The notes below the pieces were generated by a model. That model was given only the letters and a program-made list of their open reading frames with translations, was not told the origin of the DNA and did no database searches. A stretch of DNA of 64,000 nucleotides from Geosiphon pyriformis uo1 (Eukaryota > Fungi > Glomeromycota), in assembly GCA_016748015.1 (NCBI GenBank), contig JAAOMT010000128.1, positions 627,538 through 691,537 on the forward strand, in the 5' to 3' direction. Positions 24,667-37,350 of the stretch are shown one piece after another. A program made the translations under genes and the position numbers. The number at the start of each line of letters is the position of its first letter. The first letter of the stretch is position 1.

Positions 24667-27064
24667 TTATTACTAGTTATTCTATGTTATAATATGTTAT
24701 CTGGTGTTATTACATATTATTCTGTGTTATTCCACATTATAATATATTATCTTGTATTATTCTAAGTTATAATGTGTTATCTAACGTTATTCTGTATTAT
24801 GTTACATTTTGGTTATGTTTTTTTATAACTTTGGATCAGTTTTTCTACTTGAGTAACATTATTTTTCTCTTTTAGAATTAAGCTCCTGCAAAATCATAAA
24901 TTTTTTTTTGTATTAATGTTGTTGCTGTAATTTCTATTGCTATTTTTTAAATCTAATTTTATATATAACTGGAGTTTTTTTTACCTATAGTGGTCTGTTT
25001 AGAATATTCAAGTTCAAATCTTGCATTTGTATACCTTCATTATTATTGCTGAATTAAGTTAATTTCTGTTCCATTGTAAAATCTAGAAACATGATATATT
25101 GTTTAGTGTTTGAAGTGGAGTTTGAATTGTTGTTGGTAGAGTTTGAATTGTTGTTGTTATTAGTAGAGTTTGAATTGTTGTTATTATCAGCAAAGTTTGA
25201 ATTAAGATTAGGTTTTGATTCCAATTCTTATTTGTTTTCACTAATTGGCTTTTTTTTAAATATATGACACATGAAAGTAGATTGTGACTATTTCCCAATA
25301 TTCTGACTCAGAACTATCAGGTAAGTTTTGCTGATTTATTGGTATTGTGAAAATTAGGTTTTATTAGTAAGTTTTCTTATATGATAGTGGGGTTTGGAAT
25401 TTATTAGACTTCGAATGTTTAGGTTTTTGAATAATTCCCAGAGTTTGAATTGTTAAAGGTTTAACAAGTTTTATTAACAGTAAGTTTTTTTGTACAATAG
25501 TAAGGTTAGAATTATTGGGTTTTAAATGTTTGAGTTTTTGAATAATCAGATTTTGAATAATCAGAGTTTTAACAAGTTTTAACAAATTTATTAAAAATAA
25601 GTTTCAAATGTTTGGAGTTTTAATGATTGGGTTTTGAATAATTAGAGTTTTTAATTTAATAAATTTTAATAAATTTATTAACAGTAATTTTCAAATGTTT
25701 GGGTTTTTAATGATTGGGTCTTGAATAATTGGAGTTTTAATTTAACAAGTTTTTAACAAATTTATTAAAGATAAGTTTCAAATATTTGGAGTTTTAATGA
25801 TTAAGTCTTAAAAAATCAGAGTTTTAATTTAATGAGTTTTTTGATGAATTTATCAAAGGTAAGTTTCGAATGTTTGGAGTTTTAATGATTGGGTCTTAAA
25901 TAATTGGCATTTTAATTTAACGAGTTTTTCAAAGAAAATGCTAAAATAAGAATTTTGCAAATCTTAAGTGATTTTTCCCTTGTTTTCTCTTGGTCTTTTA
26001 CTTTTGTGAATTTTTGGGGTGCTCTGTCTCTGTGAATTTTATAACCTCACAGAAAGGACCAAATATTATGAATAAACTTGGTGGAGTAAGAAAATGGTAA
26101 TATTTGGTGCTCAATATTTGGGTTTTTAGGAAGCTTTTGATGGTTTTTTTTCAGTAAACTGGTTTGTTGTATCAGTATTATTAGTCTCTGAAAATCTGTT
26201 TAATTGTTATGAATTTACCCATAGAGTTCTTTGGTTATAAGGCACAGAGGTTTGGTTTTCATTAATTACAACATCTTTAAAAATATGAACTATCTTTTTT
26301 GAACTAATGAGCACAGTTGTTAGGGTCTGGCATTGTTTTTTTGTTCTTTTAGTAAGCTATCAAGATAATATTAATATTCAAAACTTAAGAAGAGCTTCTT
26401 TTTTTTACCAGGCTATTACAAAGTCTATTTCTAGACAGTCAATTTTACTATGTTGTTACTCCACAAGAGAAAATAAAGAAAATAAAAGAAAATAAAAGAA
26501 AATAAAAGAAAATAAAAAAATAAAGAAAATAAAATAAAAAATAAGTGTCCTGTCAATAGCTGTAATCAAGAGCTATTGTGCCAGCAGATTAAATAGTGGA
26601 TAATAACATGGATTTGAAAAATTGAAGAGATATTTTATTGATATAATTCTATTTTAATTGATAACAACTATCCTTGAAAGGAAAAATATTTAATAATTAT
26701 GATCTATAAGTCTAATTAACTCTGAAAGTCTAATTTTCTCTCTGGATATCTTTCTAACTTCTACAACTACTCATTTTTATACATTCTTTTTGTTCTACAA
26801 AATTGCTTTCTGACTGTTCCATTATTGCTAAATATTGCTTTGCTATTTCTGTAATTGCTTTGTTTTTTTATGTTATTACTAGTTATTCTATGTTATAATA
26901 TGTTATCTGGTGTTATTATATGTTATTCTGTATTATTCCATATTATAATGTATTATTCTAAATTATAACATATTATCCAACATTATTGTGCATTATTCTG
27001 TATTATGTCATGTTTTGGTCACATTTCTTCATAACTTTGGATCAGTTTTTCTATTTGGATAACA
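24667..27064 (-). mobile_element. Non-autonomous LTR element, family C (5' LTR 26454-27064; 3' LTR truncated to 24667-24858; 1.6-kb interior without RT or IN)
   Basis: Direct repeat 24667-24858 vs 26873-27064; termini TGTTACTC...GAGTAACA; purine tract before the 3' LTR. Confidence 0.75.
25440..25930. repeat. Tandem array of ~87-bp units (4 clear plus 1-2 degenerate) inside element C
   Basis: AAGTTTCAAATGTTTGG-like anchor recurs at ~25599, 25686, 25773 and 25861. Confidence 0.85.
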
Positions 27065-30000
27065 GTGTCTATAGAGCAGATAAAAAAATTCATAACTTGT
27101 TATGTTATAATTTACAGTTCTATAAGCAAACAAAGCTGAAGGCAGTACTTTGTTTCATAAGTTTGTTTCTTCACTGGTTTTGGTTAGGATTTTACATAAT
27201 GTTCTATTAAAATGTTTTACTAGGCCATTTGTTTGGGAGTGGTAAAAGAAAGAAAGTTCATAATGTATTCCCATTTTTCTGCAAAGTTCTTCAATCAGTG
27301 TACTAAAAAAAGCTCTTCCTTTATCAGATAAAAGTTCTTTAGAACAATCATAATAGCAGATAATATCTTTATAAATGAAATTGGCTATTGAAACTGCTGT
27401 TTAATCTGAAATGGCTCTTGCTTCTATCCATTTTGTAAGATAGTCAATAGCTGTGATAATATATCTGTTGCTATTAGAAGTTATTGTTAATAATCTAACA
27501 ACATCTATACCAATTCTGTCAAATGATTAACCAATAGAGATTGAATGGATATCTTCTTTGTAATTGGGTTTGCCTTTTTTTTGGCAAATATTACAGGTTT
27601 TAATGTATTTAATAATGTTTTTTCCCAAGATAGGCCAATAATAGTAAGCTAAAGTTTTCTGAATTGTTTTTGTTTTTTTAAAGTGTCCAGTTAATGGGTC
27701 AGTGTGCATGTTGTATATTACAATTTCTTTTTCTTCAAATCTGATAACTCTTTAGGGATGGTCAGAATTTTTTCTATTTCTTTTATATAGCTGGTTCTGG
27801 TGAATCAAATAGAAATTTGATTGTTTGCACAAATGTTTTCTTTGCTATCAAGTGTATTTTGGTGGGTATTGTCCTTTACCCAAAAATTCCATTAAGACAA
27901 AGTAGTTGTCTAAGTTTATTATCATGTTTGTTTTGTGAAGCAGTTACTAATAATTAAGTTGGTTTGGTTTAAGAAGCTTGTATTATTATTGGATAGTAAG
28001 TCTAAAGAAAACATCAGTATTTTAATAATTTGCTCCTTTGTGGTGTTAAATATCATAGTCAAATTCATTCAAGTAGAGTATTTAGCAAGTTATTCATTTG
28101 TGTTCTAGCTTCTTTTTATTGTACAGCCAAACCAAGGCTTAATAATCTGTTACTACTAAAAATTTCACACCAAAAAAATATTGCTCTTAGTAATTAGTAG
28201 CCCAAACTACTGCTAAGCATTCTTGTTTAGTAACTGAATAGTTTTTTTCTGCTGGTGTGAGAGATCTACTGGCATATACTATGGCATGTTCTCTGCTATT
28301 TTTGTTTTTTTGTGAAAGAAAAACACCAAGTCTATAGCTGGATGTATCAGTGTGAAAAATGAAAGGTTGGTCTAGATTAGGTTGCTTAAGAATTAATTCA
28401 GTAACAAGTTTTTCCTTCAGAATTTCAAAAGCTTTTTGTTGATGAGTGTCTCAGTAATAATTAATATTTTTTTTGAGTAGCTGATTAAGAGAAAAAGTGA
28501 TTTTGAAGAAATTCTTGATAAATTTGTAATAGTAAAAAGCCAAACCAAGAAAAGAGTGTAATTTAGGAACATTCATTGGTTGTCTAATGTTTTGAACTTT
28601 TTCAACTTTAGCTGAGTCAGAGAAGATTCCATCTTTTGTAATAAGATAACCAAAAAACTGGGTAGATTGGCATCCAAAAAAAGATTTAATTGAATTGATC
28701 TTAAGGCCAACATTTCTGAGCAGGTCAAAACCCTTCTGCAAATATTCAAGGTGTTCATCTCAGGTTTTTGAATAGACTATTATGTTATTTAAGTAGACCA
28801 GAACAAAGTTTTTTTTTACTGATTTAAATACTTTGTTTATTAGACATTGAAAGATAAAAGGGGCATTAGTAAGACCAAAAGGCATAACTGTAAATTTATA
28901 GGTGCCATATTTGGTAATGAAAGCAGTTTTTTTTCTGCTTTCTGGATCCATTTCTACTTGCCAGAATCCAGCAGTTAAGTTAATGGTTGAGAAAAAAGCA
29001 GCACTATTGAATTTATCTAGCATTGCATCAATTTTGGAAAGTGAGTATATGTTTCTTATAGTGATGGTATTTAATTGGTAGTAGTTAACACAAAAGCATA
29101 AGATTCCACCTTTTTTGAATACCACTACAACTGGAAAAGCTCATTTACTCTTGGTTTTTTGTATGAATCCAAGATCTTTCATTTAGTTTATCTCTTTCTT
29201 GATGAACTCATTATTGTATCAATTGGATTGATAAGACTTCAAATAGATGGGACAAGTTTTTTTTGTGGTGATAGTATGTTGTATCACATGGGTTCATTCA
29301 GAAATATCACCTTCTTTTGAGATAACAGGGCTCTTTTTAGCCACAGATTTTCAATGTCCACTTTTCTTTTTTTAGAGAAAGGTTTTCTTTGTTTTATAAT
29401 TAGTGATTAAATTTCAGGTGGTTTATTCTCAAAGGACTTCTGTACTTTTTTTAGTTTTTTTTTGGGTATCAAACTAATTGGCTCCCAATCTTTATAATAG
29501 ATTAAGCAAGACTTGTATTTATTACTAGGAAAACACAAAGGTTTATCACACCAGCATCTAACATAAAAATCATATTATCAATAACTGTATTTTGCTTTCT
29601 TGCCAGATTTTTTATCAAAGGTTTTTCTGAAAATACCATAGTAGAGCCAGCAGATCAGCTTGCCATTTACCATGATTTTTTTTTTGTCAACTTTAACATT
29701 GTTCAGTAGCTTGCCATTGTTAGTAAAGATAGTATAGGTGAGTTCAGCAGTTTTTTTTTGTTCTTCTTGATCATTTTTTTTATCGCTCTATTATCATCTA
29801 ATTCATTTAATTGTTCTTTTTTTTGGTTTTGCTTGGGTACTGAAGAAGTTGTCCAATAACAGTACTTAACTACAATAGGCTTTTCACCACATCTGATGGT
29901 TAGCTCACAAAGTTTATAGTCAAGTAGTGCTTTGGCTTTTTTGAGCCACTCATTGCCAACAATTATGGTGTACTTTTTTGTTTCAGATACTTTTATGTCA

Positions 30001-33000
30001 GTTTCAATGCTAATACTATTGATGCAAACAGGAATAGCTTTGGTTATGCCCAGGCTTTTCTTCTTATTATTATGTATGTTGGTCATTGGTCTAGTTGAAG
30101 GTTCATCAATTTTTTTGCCAATTGCTTCAAAAAAATGTTTGGCTATGACACTAACAGATAATTCACTGTCTAGAATCAGAACAATAAAGTAACCAGCCAC
30201 TTGGGCTTTACAAATTAAAGGGGTAACATTGCTGTTGTTAGCAAGTCCAGCTTGGCAGGAGCATTTGTTGGTCTTTGGTGTTTTCTTCTTTGGTATTAAT
30301 GATTTGTGAAGATTTTTTCTGAACTGTGGATGAGTCATTAGTTGGCCAAATGTAATATGTGCTGGAGTTTTCATGAGATTATTAACAACAGAATAGGGAC
30401 CAGATTTTTGTACTATTTCTGAGAATTTCAACTTTGGAAAATTTTTAAAAACTTTAGCTTTTGATGGCTCATTGTTATTAGCCATTGAATTAAATGCTTT
30501 GTTTAAATTCAAAATAAAATTAATCTTGGCTTTTTTCTTCTTTTTTGTTGATTCAGAGATGTTGATTGCTAGTTCATCTATGTTATGATCATTATCAATT
30601 AGATTAAAGACGTAAAAAGAGTTTTTTTCTGGTTGGTTTGCACTTTCATTCTTTGGAGGTGCACCTATAATTTAAAGACTAATAAACAGTAGCTTCAACT
30701 AGAGGATTTTTTCCAAAGAAATTGATGTTGGCATGATTGGGTCTTTGATTGGGAACATTGTTGTTGATGGTTCTGTTGTTTTGATTATTATTGTTTCTAA
30801 GAGCTGAAAGTGGTAAAGAAGAATTGTTGCAATCTTTGGAGAAATATTCAGTTAATCTACAGCAATAACATATAAATAGGTCACAATTTTGTTGTCTTTA
30901 ATAAGAGGGTTGCTGAGGCTGATTAAAATAGAGTTCAAATTTTGGTCTTTAAGTTTGTTAATTTTCTCTGACTGCTTGAGCTAAGAGTTTTAAGAACTGA
31001 GCAAAATTGGCTATGAGTCTATCTATTAATTGTTCATTGGAATTTGGAGTTTGAATAGTAAAAAAAGTGGCAGTCATTTAAAGAGTAGGAGCCATAACAG
31101 AAGCAGAAGCAAAAACTAGGAGTGTGGATCCCAAGTGCATTTTTTGATTGTCTTCAATTTGTTGGGCTAATTCAACAATTATATCTATTGTAAGATTGTT
31201 TTTTAGAACCAGAAGAGGCCAAAGAGCATATGAGAAATCAGTTCTTAATCTATTTGTGAAGAAGTAAGTTTTCTGTTCTTCTGTTCAGTTTCTTTCAGAG
31301 TCTACCCACTTAATTAACTTTCTGATTGCTTTGGTATATTCAGTTACAGCTTCACTAGGATCTTGGGTTTTTTTTTTTAATTCCATGTGCCATTTGGATA
31401 TCAAGATAAGAGTTTTAAATTTTATTTCAAACTGAATAGTAAAAAAAGTATTGTTTTCTCCAGCATTTGCTGGTCTCCATCTAATGATTTTTTGCTGAGC
31501 ATTGGCATTAGTTTCTTGTAAAAACTAAGTAACAAAAGAGCCTTAAAGATAGCCACCAACAATTTGGAACTTGTATTTATTATCATATTGGTTGGCTGTG
31601 GTAGCTCTTTTAAAGTCATTCAATCATTCAATTAGATTTTGTGCATTGTCTTTAAATAATAATAATAGAGTATTATTTCTTTGCCCTAAAGCAGTTTGTA
31701 TGTCTTGAAAGGTGATTAGAATGTTTTGTTGCATAGGGTCTTGAATCATTGGTTCAGGAGTAACTGTTTGTGTAGAATGTTCTAATTCACTTAAGAAAAG
31801 ATTAAAAACAGGTGCAGTTTGGTAGCTTTCTTCTTTTGTTTTAAGAAAAGTCTCAACTGATTAATGGACAGTAATCCAGATATGGATTTAATGATTCAAA
31901 TATTCGAAATTAGGGGGCTGTTGTTCAAAAGTTGTTGAGTATAAAAGTTAATTAATGCTGTTGTTTCTTTCTTTAAAGTTGTCTTCAAAATAAGCTTGAT
32001 CAAAGTAGTAAGTTGTATAGGCTGTGTAGGTTTCAGCTGAATGCTTGTTTAGGTACCAGTTCCAAAAATCTTGGAATTGTCTACTGAATTGTTCTTCAAT
32101 GGGAAAGCAAATCAAGCAAAAGGGCAAAAAATTGAGTTCAATAAAGTCTAGATCATTTTTGTTGTGTGTTTCAAAGTATTTTTCTAATTGTTGTGGCAAA
32201 TATAAATAATTACTTATACAATAAAAAACAAAATGAATTTTGACAACCTCACAGGAAGCATTACTTTTATGTTATGGGTTGGAGTAACAAGCTAATAAAT
32301 AGCAAAGAAAAACAGAATTATAGGATGATGAAAGGAATTAAAGAGAATTCAACTTTAAAGAGTGAATTGAATGAGTATGGATTCAATGTGCAAGATCAAT
32401 CTCATAAAATATCTCAGTCACTATACTTTTCAAAAAATAACCAAGAAATCTGAAGATAAAGAGATAGTCTATACTGTTAACAAATGATCACACCTGGTAT
32501 AATTCTATGCCTCATGTCAGCACTCTTAGAATTTAATATTAGATATTAGATGTACTCTTTAATCATGTTTTATTCAATAATCTTCAAATGCTGCAATTAT
32601 ATGTTTTAGAAAAAAGTAAGAAATAACCAACAAGTAATCTTTTATTTCAAGATGTTCAGATACTTGAAAGTAGAAAAAAAGAAATTTAGCAATAAGAGAA
32701 AAATTAAGATAAAAGTTGTTATTTTTATTTATTTGATTTTCTTGATTTTTGATATGTCTTGTATTTCTGACATGTTTTTCTACAGTTAAGAGATTTATTG
32801 CTTATATAGCTATCAAAAGTGGTTAATAATCAAGTTAATGACTAGATCAATAATCAGATCAATAATCAAGTCAATAATTAGGTCAATGATCAGATCAATG
32901 ATCAAGTCAATAGTCAAGTTATTAATTAGGTCAATGATTACTATCTAAAAATAGAATGGCTAATTATATAACATTAGTGGCTAATACATGTGATAATTAA

Positions 33001-33027
33001 TAAGAAATATAGATTTTAATCATAACA
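27065..33027 (-). mobile_element. Gypsy family B copy B3, main part (5' LTR 32270-33027, gag, pol to IN core)
   Basis: ORFs 29703-30512 (protease), 28760-29125 (RT) and 27527-27709 (IN HHCC); LTR with ten 12-bp units. Confidence 0.93.
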
Positions 33028-36000
33028 TTATTATCACAAATTTATTAAAAATTTCTCCAAAATTGCCTTTTCTTTCAATCAACTACTCAGAAAAAATGTT
33101 AATTATTACTAGAACACTCATCAACAAAAAGCTTTAGAAACTCTGAAAGAAAAATTTGTTACTGAACCAATTTTTAAACAACCTGATCTGGACCAATTTT
33201 TTATTCTGTACACTAATACATCTGGCTATGAACTTGGTACTGTTTTTTACAGAAAAATAAAGATAACAGAGAACATATTATAGCATATGCCAATAGAACT
33301 CTCACACCAGCAGAAAAAAACTATTCAATTACTGAACAAAAATACTTAACAGTAGTTTGGGCTACTAGTTATTAAGACCAATATCTCTTTAATGTAAAAT
33401 TCTTAATAGTAACAGATTATTAAGCCTTGGTTTAGCTGTACAATAAAAAGAAGCTAAAACACAAACAAATAACTTGCTAGATACTTCACCTGAATGAATT
33501 CGACTATAATATTCAACACTACAAAGGAGCAAATCATCAAAATGCTAATGCTCTCTCTAGATTTACTATTTAGTGATAGTACAACTTCTCAAACAAACCA
33601 ACTTAATTATTAGTAATACTCTCATAAACAAACATAATAATAGACTTGGACAACTACTCTGCCTTAATGAAATTTTTGAATAAAGAACAATATTCATCAG
33701 AATACACTTAACAGTAAAGAGAACATTTGCACAAATAATCAAATTTCTATTTAATTTGCCAAAACCAACTATATAAAAGAAATAAAAAAAATCTTGACCA
33801 CTCTTAAAGAGTTATTAGATTTGAAAAAAGAGAAATTGTAATATACAACATGTACACTGACTTATTAGCTGAACACTTTGAAAAAACAAAAACAATTCAG
33901 AAAACTTTAGCTTACTATTATTGGTTTACCTTAGGAAAAGACATTACTGAATACATCAAAACCTGTAATACCTGTCAAAAAAGAGGAAAACCCAATTGCA
34001 AGAAAAATATTCATCCAATTTTTGTTGGTCAACTATTTAACAGAATTGGTATAGATGTTATTGGATCCTTAACAATAACTCCTGATAACAATAGATACAT
34101 TATTACAGCTACCAACTATCTTACAAAGTGGATAGAAACAAGAGTTACTTAAGATCAAACAGCAGTCTTAATAGCCAATTTCATTTATGAAAATATTATC
34201 TGCTATTATGACTGTCCCAAAAAACTTCTATCTAATAGAGGAAGAGCTTTTCTTAGTACACTGGTTGAAGAACTTTGTAAAAAAATAAGAATACATTATA
34301 AACTTTTCTTCTCTTATTACTCTCAAACAAATAGTCTAGTAAAACATTTTAATAGAACATTATGTAAAACCTTAGCCAAAACCAGTAAAAAAACAAACTT
34401 ATGGAACAAAGTACTGTTTTCAACTTTGTTTGCTTATAAAACTGTAAATTATGACATAACAAGTTATGAATATTTTTATCTGCTCTATAGACACATGACA
34501 ATATTATCAATAAAAATTAACATTGAAACAATACTTTTTGAAGAAATCACAATAGAGAATTATAAAAACATTTTGCAAAGAAAACTTGGTACCATTCTTG
34601 ACTCCTTAATAGAAACATGAATAATTGTCTTTGAAAAAATAAAACAGTTTTAAAAAAAGCTTAAGAAAAAGAAAACTTATAAAACACTTTTTTTAAGTAT
34701 TAGTGACTTAGTATTAAAATATCATTCAAACAGAAACAATATCTATGGTGATAAATTTTTTAGCCAGTAGAAAGAATCTTTTTTAGTCAACAAAGTTTTA
34801 AACAATGATTCTTATATTTTTCAAGATCCATCCAAAACAATCTTTAATGATCATTTTATTTATGGTACATAATTTAAAAAATATCATAAACGACCTGATT
34901 GGTTGTTTGTTGTGGTAATACTAACCCAAATGATCAGCAAAAATCAAGTATAAATAAATACACCATTTTTAAAACAGAGATATTTTCAATCAACATAAAC
35001 AATTATTTTCTGGATCAAAACATTCAAAATGTCTTCTATACTCTTCATAAGTATTGGATCAAAAACTATCCAAATATTACTCTGATTATTGAAAAACAGA
35101 CTATTATAACTAATAACAATGAAACACATACTGTTATTAAACCAAAGAGAACAACTACTAGAAGAGAAAAAATTGGTAGCAAAATAAATAAATATTTACT
35201 AAAAAGTATAACAGTAGCAATACTTTCATTTTCCAGCACAATTGGAAAAACAATCCAAGAAATCTTACCTATAGACAAAAACTTGTTATATAGAAGGCAA
35301 TTAGAACTTTATGGTTACCTTAGTAAAATTATAAAGAACATGAAACTAATAAAGAAAACAACTTCAGAGATACAGGCAGAAATTTTGGGCATTATATGAT
35401 TAGATGTTTTAAGAGTTTTAACTATTGCTAAAAAAGCCAAAACTCTTATACAAAGATTTGGTCTTTTGAATACAAAACCTATTTTGCTTTAGGTATTATA
35501 TACTTTATTTACAAAAAATTTTAATAAACTAGTTAGTTTTAAGTTAGACAAAATCTTTCAAATAAATTATCTCATAAATAGCTTGATTTTGTCAGAGCTC
35601 AATTTCTTTAGTGAGAATAATGTTATGGTTAAAACTATACTTTTTATTAATTATTATATGTATTAGCTACTGATGTCATATAATTAGCCATTCTATTTTT
35701 AGATAATAATTATTGATCTGATTAATAATCTAACTGTTAACCTGATTATTAACCTGATTATTGACTACTTTTAATAACTATATAAGCAATAAATCTCTTA
35801 GCTGTAAAATGACATATCAAAAATTAAGGAAATTAAATAAATAAAATAACAACTTTCATCTTAATTTTTCTCTTATTGCTAATTTCTCTTTTCCTACTTT
35901 CAAGTATCTGAATATCTTAAGATAAAAAATTACTTGTTGGTTATTTCTTACTTTTTTCCTAAAATGTGTAATTGTAGTATTTGAAAATTATTGAATAAAA

Positions 36001-36281
36001 TATGGCTAAAGAGTACATCTAATATCTGATATTAAATTCTAAAAACACTAACATAAGGCATAGAATTATACCAGTGTGTGATTATTTGTTAACAGTATAA
36101 ACTATCTTTCTACCTTCAGATTCTCTGATTATCTTTTAAAAAGTATAGTGACTGATCTTACATATTGAATCCATACTCATTCAATTTGCTCTTTGAAGTT
36201 GAATTCCCTTTGATTCCTTTCATTACCCTACAATCCTGTTTTTTTTTGCTATCCATTAGTTTGTTACTCCAATCTGTAATA
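33028..36281 (+). mobile_element. Gypsy family B copy B4, 3' half (RNase H, IN, ORF3, 3' LTR 35621-36281)
   Basis: Collinear with ~21415-24666; starts abruptly at the B3 LTR edge. Confidence 0.92.
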
Positions 36282-37350
36282 CTACTTATTGACAATAAAG
36301 CAATTTTAACTCTCTAGTTGATAAAAATTGCAACTGTTTTCTCATTATTAATTAAAATGTTATTAACCTTAAAAAAACTACTTGTAATATCCAAATATAT
36401 TAAGTGGCTGCTTAACTACTTCTTATTCAAATAGTGTCATCAACAAAAGTGCCAGCAGCAAAAAATGTAATTATTCCATCCTGATTTTTCAGCCTGTCAG
36501 TCTTGACAACAAATTTAGTGTTAATACAATAACCATACAAGCTTTCCTAATGTTTAATTTTACACAATAGGGGGTTATAAAAAAATTTTTAGAACAGAGA
36601 AGAAAAAATCTCACTTTTGGTTTAGATCATCACATACCTAGTAACTTTTTGTCAAGCCATAATTAGTCATAATCTGGTTGACTCTATTATCATAAATGTT
36701 TTCAAAAAAACAAATAAACCATTTACATATCTTAATCTAAATTAAACTATTTCTTAAATGTTACCATCCAACAGAGTTATAAACCTTTTGCATATTTTAC
36801 AACACCAACTAAAGTTTACAGCCTTTTTTCAAAGTATTTTTAACCATTAAACCAACAGCAAAGATAGGAAACTGAGTTATAGTCTCTTTCAGCACAGAAA
36901 AATTGTCATGATAAAAAACATCAAACTTACTACAGGCCAGCAAAATTCTATTGGAAAGAATCTTACAAATAGTCTTAATTAAGACAATTGGTTTTGTATT
37001 AGTCAAGATACTCTTCTACTTATATGATTTAGGAATCATTGACATCCAAGCTTTTTTTTATGACTATAAAACAGATTCATACACCAAACAAAGATTTAAA
37101 GAGTCCAAAAGCATAACTAAAACTGAATCATCATAATGCTTCCAAAGCTCATTTATAATATCAGACAAATCAGCAGTCTTTTTATTAGATAGGTTTTTGA
37201 TCACTTACACTATATCATTATAACTAATAGAGATCATAATTCCAAAAAACACACTAATATTAATGTGATCTAATAACAAGTATTAGTGCTGTCACAAATT
37301 GGGAACATTGTTTAGCACAATCCTTTTTCTTGTCCAATTTTTTATGATAG
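36282..37350 (-). mobile_element. LINE (APE-RT) ORF2, reverse transcriptase part, degenerate
   Basis: TNTKPIVLIKTICKILSNRI and AGTFVDDTI (catalytic DD, ~36430-36456); joins 44987 onward when B5 is removed (VKDKVDSI|IKNWTRKR). Confidence 0.85.

Noticed and set aside
25440-25930. Regularly spaced repeats as a CRISPR array
   Set aside because: Whole 87-bp units repeat with no unique spacers; the context is a eukaryotic TE and there are no cas genes.
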